A stretch of 64,000 nucleotides of DNA from Setoptus koraiensis (GCA_048013815.1 CM106586.1:22444001-22508000), one strand, 5' to 3'. Numbered from the stretch's first letter, positions 11,596 through 26,326 are shown. Notes: a model not told the origin generated them from the letters alone. Program-made: numbers and translations.

Positions 11596-14500
11596 CGGCC
11601 AGAGCCAGAGCCAAAGATTACCAAGATTCGACTGACTGCGATTATCCGAGTGCGCCGCTCGAGGGGCGCCTGCGCGCGCGGCCGCCCGCTCGCGAGCGGG
11701 CCGCCGCCGCCAGGAACCGCTAGGCGCGCACCGCCTTGAGCGGGCGCCCTCGAACGGCGGCTCGCAGCCGTGCAGCAGCCGCCGCCGGGCGCCACTCGAA
11801 ACGCTCGCCAGCCCGCAAACAAACGGCAACGGCGACGCCGAGCCCAGAGTGACAGCGACAAACGGCTTACAGCAAAACAAAGCGCGCTGCTAATATCCGA
11901 GATCTAATAATCTTAGAGCGATAATAATCATTGAACAAAACATGACATGCCTCCGCCAGGCAGCCAGTCTCCGCTCAGCCAGCAGCCATGTCGCTTAGTC
12001 AATCATTCATGAATTTGCATATCTCTCGCATGATGCACATTATGCAAGACTCACTCGCCCGCTAACCCTAGATCGTGAAGCGCCGCCGAGACCGCGCCGC
12101 TAAGCTCGCCGTGCATTATTATTATCCGTGCCTTGTTGTCGTGTGTGTGTGTGTGTGTAGACATTGTAGTGCGTCGCTAGTTGCTAGCCTAGTTACAAGT
12201 TAGAAAGTTTCCAATTGAAACAAAAAACTCGCAGCGGCTTCTCGATTACTCACAATGATTCTCGCAAGCAGCGACTCGGCGCTCGTAACGACGCAACAGC
12301 GACCGAGCTCGCTAAACGAGCTAATAGCTGGATACTTGAGTGCAATCACATGAGCATGTCGCCTAGCTCGCATCGGGGGGATTTGCGACATTTACATAGT
12401 CGTTGTTGTCGTTGTCGTCGGTGTCGTCGGTGTCGTCGGTGTCGTCGTTGCCGCCGCTACAACTGCACACGCAGGCCCGCTGCCGGGCACTCGCTCTGTT
12501 TTTGCCTCTTTGCTGCTTCCGGTGCCGGCGCAACAGCCGCCCGATGCCTGGGCACTTCGAGGCACTTGCAAGCCGGCTCGCGAAAATACCCGCCAGCGAT
12601 GCCCAATTAACACCCCCATGGAGACCATTGACAGCTCGAAGCGCACACTTTTCGTGCCGGATAGCCACTCAAACTCAATTGGCTCTATTGGCATTAGGCC
12701 CGAGCCGAGCTGACACGCCACGCCCGCAAATGGCAAATCCGGCCCCTGAGAACCGCGGACAGCCCGCCCCGGGTCCGCACACCCGTCAACAACGCCCCAC
12801 CATGTGCGAATGTACCGTTAACGTATCCGTTGTGGACAGGCCGCAGCCGAGCCTGTCCCCAAGCCGGCCGCCGAGCTAGCGGCTTGCGGGCCGGGTTCGC
12901 GCAGCTGTGGCGGGCATGATGACGACAACTGCTTTTCATATTGCATGCAACCATAGATTAGACACATTAGAGACAGCATCTCGGCAACAACAACGAGCAG
13001 CGGCAGCGGATAAAATAGCTGACAATAGATGATGAAATAGAAACACGGCGATGCCATGTCATCCGACGCGATGAAAACTGCGGCCAAACAAAGAGGCGCT
13101 GCTCTCATCATTACTAATATTATTGTTATTATCATTTTCATTTTAATTATCGTCGTTGCCATGTTGTGACAATTCGTCGAGCTTGCCATCGAGCAGACGC
13201 CGCCGTCAGATACAACCAGTCAGATATAAACAACGCCAGCCGGCGATGTAGCGAGCGTAAGTGGTGCGGCCTCTCTGCAAAATTCACAAACTTCCCCAGT
13301 GTCGCCCTTACCTGATCAGCGAGTCAGTGAGTCGGTGATTATCAGCGATAATCGGCGATAATTGAATCGTTTTCTGCCAATGAGTTCATGCAAATGCTCG
13401 AGCAAATATCCATTGATTTGGCGAAACTCATAACTGACTGTTCCACACTCAACAGTCTGTTGACAGACCCATCATCGTCTTCTGCTCGCTGGGAAACTCA
13501 TCCAATGTTATATCAACTTTTATTAACAAGTTAGCCGAAATGGCGATTGGGTAATTGCATGGCAGAGTAATTGAGGCGCGGATAAACTCTCAATATCCTC
13601 TGCTCAATCACAATATAAGCGGAGGCTAACAACACACACACACTCTTAAGTGTGCGAGCAATTAATGAAAATTGAAAATTGATCTTCAGCATGTCGACTC
13701 TAATTTCGGCTTACACAGTTTGCGCTGGCCGGGCCGGCCTCGTCTCATCCACTTCGCGGGTGCCCCAAATGGCCCATGTCATGTTGTTGCGTGGCATACA
13801 TTCGCAATTACAATTGCAGCATCAGTCTGATACTATCAGAGCTTCTCACTGAGTAAACATCCTTCGTCGTTGTGTCTACATTGAATCGATTTCCCTGGTC
13901 GGGCTCAACACAAAGAAGTTTATCAGAAACCCAGAAAAAAAAACTTCTGAGAGCTTCTGCAATAGTCTGCAATCGTAATTTCTAAAACAATTTCACAAAT
14001 TCGAGCAAGCCGAAGTTTTTTTTTCAATGAGGCCAGTTGCGAAATTTCCAATTTTCCATTTTGTGCGCTCGCATCGCCTCGAATACATGGGCGAATGCGC
14101 ATGAAAAATTTATTTTTTGCGCTACATATCTCGAAAATCGGTTTTTTTATGACGAAAAAAAAATGTTTCCGTGCTTTTCAGAAACAGGGAGATTCGAAGA
14201 GACAAGAGCTGGATTGGAGTGGATGTCGTGCCCATTCACTCACCTAGTTGGTTGATCGCCAGTTGGCGAGCGAAATACGGACAAGACGGCAAAATATTGG
14301 GGTAAATGGTTGAGAAATGAACAGAATTGCACTTAATTTACAGCTCCATTCATGCATGAAAACATTTCAAATATTATCAATGTTCAATTTAATTTAACTA
14401 CGATTACACCAGAAATAGCTGGAAATCGTATAGCTAGAAATGACAGCAATGCATGGACGACTGATGTATGAATTGAGACACAACTGAACATATGTCGATG

Positions 14501-17500
14501 GTTAATCGAAGCGAATGAATTTTTGTCACATTAGAAACAAAATGTTGATGCGGCTTCGTTTCGGCACGACATTTCCGATGGCAAGGCTGACGATTTCGAG
14601 CGAACAGACAATCACAAACTACTGAAAAACTATTGCATAATAGTAAAAAAGTTCCGCTGCAGTCGGCAGAGCATCATTTTCGCGACCACCGTTCAATTTA
14701 TTGTTGTGTGCCGTTTGATTGAGGTCGCCAGCAAAAAGTTTGCCAGACATTGGCGTCTATGTTGGTGGCGGTTGATGCGTTTAATTGGGCGATAGTCAAG
14801 TTATTCGGATATTGTCAGCAAGGAAATTGGTTGTTTGGGGTCAGGAAAATAAGGAAAATTAATGCTCCGTTCGTTGGCGCACCAATAGCGAGCGGCCTAT
14901 TTATTCGCAAGTCGCTCGCTTTTTCATTGAGCGACTTTATTGCAGCGATCACGTCCAACCATCAAATCCATAGGCAGCCATGTCGGCTGCCATATATACA
15001 GCAGATCCATGTGTGTTATAATGGTCCCAAGAGCAAAATAATAGACACAAACGAGCGCATTAAATAGAAGAGGAGCGAGAGGATATAATTTGAGCAAATG
15101 TAGAAACTTTTAAACTGACAATCATTGAAAAATTATATGTTGCTGTTAACAGACAGACAAAGTATATAATCTCATCTTGTCGCGCAAATAGAGAGCTCTC
15201 GCTGTCTATTTGTCTAGCGGGGAGACGATTTAATAGTTTTAATAGTTTTTGACTCTTTGCAATGCGCCAGACAAATAGATTAGCTGCTGGATATTCAAAG
15301 AGTTTGCGTATTTGCGAGCAGCAGAGTTGCAAATGCGTGCGTTGGGGGCACACAGAGGAGATAAAACAATCACTTGTTATGGTTGGGTTTGCCTCGGCAA
15401 CTCGTCATCGGCCAACTTGGAATTGAAAGTTTCAGCGGCCTTGGCATGAGTGGCGTCGCTGAAAAACGGCGAGCACTTCTTGCGGGGATTAAATGCCGGT
15501 CAAAACGGGACGCCACCATTTCGTTGCACTAATTCCCGTTTGTTTTCTTTTTGTCGTTGTCGTATAAAACACAAGTCATTTTACAAGCGGCCATGGCGCC
15601 GAAATTGGTCGCGAGGGGCGCCGATACTCGGCGCACAAATTCGAATTGGCCGAAATCGAGCGCCTGATTTCGGGCAAAACAATTAATCAATCACAACTGC
15701 AAATTGATGCTGTTTACCGCTGATTAGAGAGAGTGCCTCCCGTCTGATTATTGGCACTGATTGACGTGCCAACGTGCACTGTTTTGGGCAGACTTCGGAG
15801 GGGGCCAATGTCAGCCGAAAATGCCACAAAAAGCCGCGCTCGTTCATGTATATATCGCCGCTTGTTTGTGGGGCCCCCTTCGAAAAGTAATTGTCCACCA
15901 GGTTGGTGTGTGTGTTGGGCGCTTCGACAGGCCGTCCAAATCGGCCAGTGGGCGCACATCGTGGCTGCCCGACCACTGGCCTCGTCGGCCCCACTGGTCA
16001 GTCGAGCGGCCTGTCCATGCGCCCATCCGATCTGATCCGATCCGATTTGGAATGGGCCATGCGTTTGAGTTCAGCGACCTCTGAGCAATTGTTTGTGGCC
16101 GAGCGGGGGTCTGTCGCCCGTCGCCGTCGGACGATCGTCAGCCACCAGTGGGCGCGCTGCTGGCCCCAGCGCTAGAACGGCACGGGCCCCAGCGCCAGAA
16201 CAGCACTGGCCAAATACTGGCCAGCGGCCAGCTCGGCCAACGTGGGGCCAGCGTTTTGGCCGCCGGCCCGAGCCACTGCAAACAACGCCGAGCGTTGCGC
16301 GGCCAGTAATGGTTGATGAATGGTTTGCTCTGTTATTCCTCTTATTATATATATATATTATCGAGAAAAAGCGGATATATATATATATTCGCTATTTATG
16401 TGCTGCTCGCTCACCTGTGTGGCCGGCGCGAGTTTACAGCGACACAGTTATGTCGGCGACGTGCAACGCTCGATCCATTGATGGATAGCGGGCCTGTTTT
16501 GATTTGTGGGCCCGCATTGGGGTCACGTGGGCCGCAGCTGCTGCTATGCATGGGCCCCAGTTTGGCCCAATTGCTTTTTTGCTTTTGCAACTAATCAAAT
16601 GACGATAAATGCCAAATCATCATTGGCTGCGCGAAATCGGGCGAAATCGGCCGATATTGGGCGATAGCGGGCGATTTCGGGCGATTTCGGGCGCCCCCTT
16701 GGAATGTGGGCCTCGCCTGCAGCAACCTGCGCGCGCCCCAAATGATAATTGTCCGCTCGGTAGGTGAATTACAACGGCAGTATAATTCATCTGTCGAGCC
16801 GACGAAGAAAGTTTTTATATCCGCCAGCCACTGGCTGCATTGGCTCTGTACGCAGCGCAGTTGTGTGTCCGTGCGTATTATATAATAACCAGCCACTGGG
16901 GCCAGCGCTGGGGCCAGCAGCCAGTGCTCAGTTCAGCCAGCGCCGCTAATGACTATTCATTTTCTCGCTGTTGGATCTAGTTGGCAACTATTTATTTTCG
17001 TGTGTCTCGCTGCTTTCTTGTATGTAACTTTCTTGTATATGCCGTTATATGGGCCGTTATAGAGGCCACTCGCTCACTCGGCCGCAAATGAGAGCTGGCA
17101 AGCTCAGCGCTGGCCACCGCGGCTCTCACTGAGGGCTCTTCGGGCTAACAAGCCGGCGGATAACTTATCCGGCGGGATAAGGTGCCAACCGAGCGCAGAG
17201 TCGGGCGCTGCACACGTAGACGGGACCCGATGCAAACGAGCGCCGGTGGACGAGCCGGGTATAACGAAGGAGAGCGGACTGGCGCTAATCCGCGGACAGC
17301 GGCGCCACAAGCAAACACGACTGTACAAACACACTCTGTTTAACGGGCAAAGGGAGATTGCATAAGTAACAAAAGATGATGATCGTGCTCGGTCGGTGGC
17401 GGCCCGCATTACGCAACACCGACAACAGCACCGACAGCAACAACAACAACAGCAACAACAACAGCACCGACAGCAACAACAACAACAACAACAGCAGCAG

Positions 17501-20500
17501 CAGCAACAACAGCGATGTTCATCATAGATAATGCGCAATGGATATTGCAGATTACGTAACAGGCATTGGTGGCATTGGTATCATTGTTGCACCATTGTGT
17601 AACAGTGGCCACCAAAGAAGCAAATGAGATTTCAAACAAGATATAAGAAGATGATGTAACGCGTTAACGCTAATGTTGATTAAGTTCTGTGTGCGGCGCT
17701 GGTCATCATCATCATCATTTTGCCAGACAATTTTGCCACACAAACACACACACACAAACACACAGCGCGCAAACACAAACGGGTGACGCAACGCGGGCCC
17801 CAATGGCGCGCCCCAAACAACTTGTAACTCGCAAGCTGTGAGTTGGGCTGTGGGCTGTGGGCTGTGGGGACCCTCAGCACTCAAGTCCAGTGACTGGACA
17901 CGACCAACAAACTGACGCAAGCAGCAGTGGATAAATGAATGAACAGAGCAATGAATCGTCAGCTGTTTCGCTGTCAGTGATCGCGAACAATCGGAATGAA
18001 TGAACGCGAACGCTTGCATAATTCAGTTGTGGCCGGTGGTAAACAAGCAATTAGAGTGACAGTGCGCACGAGTTGTGCGTCCCCCTCGAACTGGCCGCTT
18101 CGAATGGGTCGCTGCGAGTCGCTCGGCTCGAACCGGCCCGCCGAAGCAGCGCCCCTTTCGAGGCCACCGCAAACGACACTGACCGACCCGGCCGCAGCGA
18201 GCAACAGCAGCCAGCGGGCCCAGCCAACAAGCCATCAGCTCAACTGGCCGCTGGCCCGTCTGAGGCGCATTTGGCCGCACTTCCGGTCGCTCTTGAGCCG
18301 GTCTATTAGTGGCTGAGTGGGCAGTTACAGTTTGGTTTTGGTGCCAGCCGCGCACCGCCGCCGCCGCTGTCGCGTGAGTGCAGCTACCGAAATGTAATTG
18401 AACTTGAAGTTGAAGTTGACCAACGCGCACCAACAGACGCACTCGATTTGCGTCTTTTGGCCCATTGGTATCTCTAACATCTCTGTAATATCGCTGCAAT
18501 ATCCCTGCAATATCCCCGCAATATCCCCCCAATACCCCCGCAATACCCCTGTGATATCTCTGTGATATCTCTGTGATGAGCGTATAAATGTGCGCGTGTT
18601 GTGAACGTGTTGTCTATGCAATTATTGCCCGATGCTGTCACGCAAGCCCGGTGTCTGGTGCGTTATTTGGGGTTTACAACCCCATGTAATGGCATTAGAA
18701 ACAACCGTTGCTACGCACTGTCTGTTAGTAGCTCACTAGCGCCGGCTTACGGCTCATTACGGGTTAAAGTTTGGCATTTCAGGGTATTATTGTGGCATCA
18801 TTATTGTGGCATTTGGTTCATATGATTCGCAGGCACCCTGATAATGAGTATTATCACTGGTAATTTATCAGTGGTAATTTATCAGGGGGCCGTGCACACT
18901 GTTGTTGAATTTGTGTATAATTACCTGTTCACAAGCTGCACTGAAGCCTGTTAACCAACCAGGCCTGTCAGCCTGAAAATAACTGTACGTAGCACGTGGC
19001 ACGAGTTGGGTCGCTTGGTGCGTTGGCGTCCCCTGCAGCGGCCCCTGTCAGCGCCGAGGCGTGCGATATGCAAACAATTTTCGGACATTGGCAGCGCATA
19101 GTTGCAGCGTATGTTTGCATGTTGTTTGTTCATTTGTGTCAGTTGTGCAATTGTTGTCGGTTCTATTATGTAACGCGCCGCTTGTACAACGCCGATTGTG
19201 TAACGCACCGCTTGTGCGATACTGGTTGTGCAACACCAGTTATGTAACACCAGTTGTGCAATATCGGTTGTGCGATACCGGTTGTGCGATACCGGTTGAG
19301 CAATACAACTGGCGGCGGAGATGGAGACTCTCGATCGATTCGAGAGTGAATTGAAACGCATACGTGACCGGCAGCTTGCGACGACTGGCCAATGTTGGCC
19401 GTGATTGCATGCCGAGACGACGACTGGCGGCGGCAATTCATATCACATTGCTGCCAATATCGGATTGCCGGAACATTGCTTACATCAGACACGTTAGTTA
19501 CTTAAATTGCGCAATATCCGCCCCCGAAAAGAGGCCCAGACGCTTGTTGCGATGCTTGCACAACGAGCGGGCCCGGCACCAGCGACCAGCGCCACCAGCG
19601 ACCGGCGCCAGCGACCCGCGCCAGCGACGGGCCTCCGCGGGCGACAACAACAATGGGCCATTAGTATTCATGATTTATAAACTTGTTTTAGCTGATTGCT
19701 TGTAACCACTTACCAATTCTTCTGTTCGCATCCAATAATCAATGGCTGCCAATCTGTGCGCTGTGGCTCGAATCGCATTTCCAACAGCCAGCCATTGTGT
19801 CTGAGGCGCCCGTTGATGGCAACTGCGCACAATATCAAAGTTTGTCCCAGACTCGGCAATCCCGACTCGGCAGTCCCGACTCTGCAGTCCCGAGTAATTT
19901 GCTCGCCCCAATCACGGCGCCAATCGTTCCATAAGCCACAAAGGGGCCCCGAGCGCAAGCTCTTTGTTGTGCTGTCAAACGTTTGATTTATAACTGAATC
20001 ATTGAGTGGCGCCATTCTAGTTTGATTATTGAGTGGGGGGCCCCGCTCAACACTGAAACTGGTCGCACGATGACATTTTTCAGGCGGCTCACTTGGCCGC
20101 CATTTGCAGGCGATTCCAATTTCACTTGCGCAACTTGCCCAACTTGCGTAACTTGCTCAACTCGTCATTATTATTCGCGACTCACACACAACTTATAAAC
20201 AAGTTGCATTTTCGTGAAACTCTAGCCCCCTCGTGGCACGACAGCCAAACAATCTCGTTCATTCGCGCGAATCATTGCTCGCCATTGCGAATCATTGTTG
20301 CTCGGCAATGCCGAGTCGACGTCGCGGCTCCAGACGGCGCCTCGGCCACCCGCGTCCGGGCCGCAGCGAGCGACTCCTGGCGACCATATTCACAGTTGGG
20401 GCGCCCTGGGGCCGCCAGAGGGCCGGATTAAATTTAAAGCGAGCGCTCGCAAATTAATAACTCGCGGGGCGCCCAATGGCAGCTCATTATTGTTATTATT

Positions 20501-22654
20501 ATTTTGGCATTTCGCTCGAGTAGGCGACCAGTTTGTGCGCAATTGCCGGCGAAAATTGCCACTCGCCGGCGTCACTCGGCAAGGGGCCGACACGCGACGA
20601 GAATCAGTATCATTCAGAGTTAGTATCATGCAGCGTTGGCAGCATGCCGAGCAGCGGTAATAGCTCGCCGCCAGATATGAGATTGCTGAATGGGCCCCAT
20701 TCAATGGGGGCCCCAATGCGCCAGACGGCGCTCATATTTGAGCGCCAGCGGGTTTGATAAGGAAACGGTTAGATAACGGCATTTTAAACATTATGCATGC
20801 CATTAGCGCTATACCGTTAACTAGCGCCGCGCTATACCGATAACTGGCGCCCCCGGTGGGCGCGCTACTTGTCGAAATTGTTGCCGGGCGACAAGTGCGA
20901 AATTAGAAATTTTTCGCTATCAGTTCATTCAACCAACCATGCCTGTTTGCACGTGCACGAGCGTGCTCGTGTCGGTGCCCCATCGAACTGGCATTGGTCT
21001 GTCGAACTGGCATTGCTCTGTCGAAGTGGCGCGCGTTAACGTGCGGGCTCCCGCAGTTTGCGCCGAAATGGCCGGCGTCAAAAATCAATTCCGGCGCCCC
21101 GACGATAATTATCATTAGCCGGCATTTCCGCCGGGCCCACCGGCGACAACGCACCGTCTTGGCCGTATTAATTCAGCCTTAATTTGAGGCTGGGGTCTGA
21201 TAAGCAAAGTTGTTGCGCAAGTTGGGGTACGCTCATAAATATCCGTGCCGCTGCCACTGTTCGCCGGGCTTGCTCGAAGCATATCCGAGGGCCCGTGTGG
21301 CCCGTGGCACGCACCTATGTTTACCTTGAGACAGTTTACCTTGGGCCAATTTACCTCTATGTAATGGCTGGCTGGCTGGCAGTTTACAGTTACAGCCAGC
21401 GACACATCGGGCGCCGCGGAAGGTGGGGCGTCCGGCGTGTCGCGGCAAATTATTTGGGACTGTTGGCGGCTGCAGCTCGCGATTCCCGGCTCGCCGGGCA
21501 ACCGCGCTCGGCCGCGAGCCACTCAAAGTCGAGCACGCACTGAACGCGCAGCGGAAGTTGCCGCGGATATTCTCTACATGGTGTACATGTCCGGGTGACA
21601 ATATCCATGCGGCGGCACATGGCAAACATCTTGTTTTGATATCGTAACTGGCTGATAATTAATTTGATTAGCGCGCCATCTAATTCGGGCCCCACATAAT
21701 ACAACATAACATGACATGCTAAATGGGCTGGCTGAGCCACCGACTTCGCAGCGGCTCGGTGCTACCGCGCTGGACAGATCGTGTCGGGCCAGCACAGCAC
21801 CGCTCCGAATCGCCGGCGAATTTGCGCCCTGTTGGGGCCGTTCACCCCGCCACTGCTGGCCGCTGGCCAGCGACGCGATCGTGCTGGCCAGTGACCGAAC
21901 CGAGCTGCCGCCATCGGCGCGCGTGGCGATAATATGTATAATTAGGGCCCAGGGACCGCTGGCAGTGGCGGCCCGGCACGCATTAGCGGACATTGTCGGA
22001 CAGTGTCGGGCGTTGTCGGACACCGTGCACATTAACGGGTATCCGTGGTACTATCGGGTCGGCTAGGTTGGTGCGGGGCCGAAAGGGGGCCAGTGGAGCG
22101 TTGCTAACAAGTGCGGAGACAATCGAGACGGCTTCGTGCATAAGCGATATGTTATGCATGCAAACAAACATTGCGGCGGGCGCCCCTACAGTGGCATAAA
22201 ATGAATTAAACAAACAATTTTGCACACTCTATCGGCTCGATTGGCTCTATTAGCCATATCAGCCCTGTCGGCTCTATTAGCGCGATCGCGGATCCCTGTC
22301 GCCCGCGTGATCCGCCGATCGAGGGCATGACGTCGGACATCGGCACGGACCGGCCGGCCAGCTCACTGTGACGGTGTCACGTACGGTCGGGAATCGCGCC
22401 AAACAACCAGCAGCGGGCCGCCGCCGCTGACAGCGAGCCCGCACCGGCGACAATTCAATCAGCGGGCCCAATCTTTTCGCCCGCACTGTGCGCCCTGCCC
22501 GCCGCTGGCCCTGCCCGAGCGGTGCCCGACGGCCGCAAGTGGCCGGCGCCGGCCCGTTTGTTTTGCTGGCCGCTCATCAATCACGCACATCACGCGACAA
22601 CAATCGACCGTCGGCCAAGTGCCGCCATTCTTCTCAATTTGTCGCAAACATTCG

Positions 22655-22745
22655 CTCATTTCGCTCATTTCGCACATTTCGCACATTTCGCACATTTCGC
22701 CCATTTTGCACATTTCGCAAATTCGCGCATTTCGCACACATTTCA
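22655..22745. repeat. 9-bp tandem array (cacatttcg)-like, ~9 copies
   Basis: Direct reading of the sequence. Confidence 0.85.
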
Positions 22746-25700
22746 CACATACTGCGTCGCACGGGTTCGTCGGGCCCCGCCGCCGGCCGAGTGCGCGCCG
22801 GCGACGGGCCCATCTGACAACAGCACTTCATGTCATTAATCATACTCCTCTGTCACGAGCGCGAGTCCACGTGAACATGTTGAAGATGCGCAAAAATGGC
22901 GCGCGCTGCCAAGATTGCGATTCGTGGGCCCCGCGACAAAACCAGAAAAGAACTCGGGATCGGGCCGGTTCGCAGGGCCATTGCGCGGTGCGGGCGAGCG
23001 GTCGGGCAAACGGGGCTCGAATGGGGCCCGATTGGAGGGGCCAGAGATGCGTCGGCCGGCATTATCGTCATGCGGTCGTTATTTTGTTGCCAGCGCCCCG
23101 GGCCACAACAAACAGCGGCGACAACAATTATGGCGACACGACGAATTGAGACGACAACAAAAGCACTGGCGATAAGAATAATGCGCTGCCGATGACGATA
23201 ATAAAAATAATAATAATATCTGGCGCCGGGCCCCATGCCAGCGCCAGTGAAGTGGCCTCGCGACGCATCTTGACTCCGGCGGGACCCGCCGGCCTATCGC
23301 CGCCGGTGCATCGGCCAACACTGTCTGTGTTGGCACTGGTGCGCTAGCGGGGCCACCTATCGGCCAGCGGGCCATTGGCACGGTATTGATGGGGGGGCCT
23401 TTGTTGGGGCCGCTATTGGCGATGCAAACAATGCAACCGCGCCGACAAATAATAACTCAATTTATCTCACGCATGGATTAAGCTGCTCGCTTGCTGTTGC
23501 TCAAAACTGCCACCGGATCGCTGCAAACAGACGCCGCTTGCCCGCTTCTCCGTGGGCTCTGTTTGCCCGGCGACAGTGGGGCCCCGGCTATCTCTGGCTG
23601 GCATCTGCTCGTCACTGTTCGAGCGCACCGAACCGACCGACTGGCCGTTGCTGCCGGCGCGCCTCTTCCGGCGAGCTGTGGCGACAGCCAGCGAATCGCG
23701 CTGCTTGTTGCGAGAACGTTGTTCGTTGTGGCGCGAGTTGCGAGTCGGACAGCGAGCAGCCGGGCGAGCCGCCGACGAACGGCGACGAACGGCGACGAAC
23801 AGCGACGAGCGGCGACGAATTCGAAATTGCAATTTGAATTTGAATTAGAGAATGGGGCCAGCGAGGAATTTGCAAGCGCCGGATTTGGCCTCATCATCGA
23901 GCGCTGTCTGTCAGCCACTGCAAACACACACACGCACGCACACACTTTATCCACCGCGTTGTCATAATAACAAGGCTAATGCGCCCTTGTCAAAACAGGC
24001 TGCGTCGCTGTTTGTACACAATGATGTCGCCACTTTAAACATTTGGGGCGACTTGTGCAACTTGCGCGACTTATGCAACTTGCGCGACTTGTGCAACTTG
24101 TGCGAATTATGCACAAGTTGCAACTCGACAAACTCGCCGCACTCGGTCCCCGATCGCTCTGACAGAGCGGCCGGCCGCCAACTTTTGAAACTCTCAAACG
24201 GGGCCTCAGACGGGCCCAGCCTCGAACATGCTCAAACGGCCTCACACTCGGGATCAGCACGCGGCTCCGCTAGGCAACTTTTGCCGCCGTGCCACGCCGA
24301 GTGCGCCACGCCAAATCCAGCGCTTTATACGCTTGACATACGCCGACGCTGGCCAACGTGCTCGTTGTGACAGAGGGGCCCCTCTGTCGCAAAAGCGCTC
24401 CGTCATAGTGGCGCCGAAATTGATTTATTTAATGCAACCTGACTGGCCAATGCGGCGCCCACAATGCGACAACTGCGCTCACTGTGTCGCTTATCTCTCA
24501 CAGTGTCCGTTTCTTGCTTCGACAGTGTCGAGCCTCTCGACGATCGAGGGGCCCCGCAATCTGTGTGCGCGTGTGTCGCGAACATTGTGTGCCGAAACTG
24601 GCACTTGTCACATTTATCTCGCCAGACGTTCGGCTGGCACCAACAGGCTCGCAACAAAGGCGACAAACGCCAACTAAATATGGATTATCCTCTGTGATGC
24701 TGCCTCGAGCCGTGCGCCGTTCGAGTTGGTTTTGCGAGAGTTTTGCGGCTCTCGCAAATCTGGCGAAACTGGCAAAATGGCCGCGTTTTTGGAACGAGCG
24801 TCAGGTGAGCGGCACTCGGGCGACGTTTGGCCGAGTTTTGCGGCGCAACTCTGGCGCGGCGTGCAGTTGTCAATTGATAAGAAATCAAAAGCGAGCAGAT
24901 TATGTGCGTTTGAAAAAGTTGAGCCGGAAACGGCGAGCGGCGTCCTCGTCGCCCGTCCGCCGTCCACCGCCAGTCACCCGACCGCCGTCCACCGCCAGTC
25001 ACCCGACCGCCGCCAGTCACCCGTCCGCCGCCTGCCCCGAGCGGCGGGCCGGTGTGGCTGTTGGTCGCGCCAGTCACCGACCGGTGCGAGCATCGCGCAC
25101 CCCCGGCTACACAAATCATCATCGGATGATATGATAATGGTGCCCGTCGGCTGGGCGTTCCTCTCGAGCGAGCAAATTATTTTGACGGCAACAGCCGCCA
25201 GCATTTTGGATGAATCAGAGATCGCCCACTGGGGCTCCTCTGCCGGCTGGGCGCAGAGGCTGGCGCGAGGCGCCTCACAGCGACTTGTGCCAGTATGAGA
25301 ATATCAAAGCAGCGATTGTTTGGCGGGTGTGCGGGCCACTTGCACGCGCCCCTTACGTAACAGGCGTATGTCAAGCTGGCGCTTGCGGGCGCCGATTCGG
25401 CTAGCGGGCCCCGTTTGGGTGCCGCGAGCAACCTGTCACGGCGCACAACGCTCTATATGTTAACCGGCAGCTCTAAGGGCCCGACGCCAACTGCGGGCCC
25501 GCTCGGCCGGCGCGAGACACGCAGCAACAAACGACAAACAAATTCACACAAATCCCAACAAATTGAGCGAGTCGGGTCTGGCCGCCAATCGAGCCAGCCG
25601 CATATCCAGCCGTTTTATGCTGCCCGTATGGCCGTATATCCGCGCCTCAGCGATGCGCGCGGGCCGTGCGTCGATGCAGCGAGGGCCGTGTGTCGATGCA

Positions 25701-26069
25701 GCGCCCGACGCCGGCCCGGATAATGATGCCGGCCCCGCAGAGGCGCGCAGTAATGACACGAGCCAGCCGACTGCACCTACCGAAAGTTTCAAACAAAAGC
25801 TGGCGGCGCTGGCATTTTTTGCTGCCGGCTCGCACAATATTATATACTGTTACGTAACCTCGTATCATTCGAGTCGTATAATGCGAGTCGTATAATGCGC
25901 GAGTGATACGCGAGCAAAGAGAGTGATACGACTCGTCTCATACGAGGCCAAAAGATGCGCCCCAAATTGCGAGTTTGGCGCCGCTCGCGGGTAATGGGCG
26001 CCCGCTCGGCACACGCCGCCAACCATTTATATTGTGCGGGGTCGGGTATGTCCGCGTTTGTGTATGTGC

Positions 26070-26314
26070 TGTAACGATCGTATCGGTCTGGTAGGCTATT
26101 TTGGGGGCGTTTTCTTTTTGGTAGGCCACGGCCTCTTTATTATACATATATTTGTACAGTGAGTGAGTACTTGATTATAGTGAGTATTGAGCGAATGAGT
26201 GAGTGAACGCGACTCATGAGTGAATATCGACTCAGTGACTTGAGTCGGTTTATATAGCCCTCGTGAGGGCGACCCCTAGCGGGTTAGTTTGACGGGGCGG
26301 ATTCGACCGTCACA
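26070..26314 (-). repeat. 3' LTR (245 bp)
   Basis: Identical to 32957-33201 except at 26101, 26113 and 26121. Minus-strand TATATAAA at 26256-26249 and AATAAA at 26141-26136. Confidence 0.97.
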
Positions 26315-26318
26315 ATCG

Positions 26319-26326
26319 TCCCTTCC
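26319..26326 (-). other. Short polypurine tract GGAAGGGA upstream of the 3' LTR
   Basis: Purine run 4 nt from the LTR edge on the element's sense strand. It is short for a PPT. Confidence 0.55.

Noticed and set aside
17104-17538. Poly-Cys/poly-Leu ORFs
   Set aside because: Translations of a CAA/CAG microsatellite.
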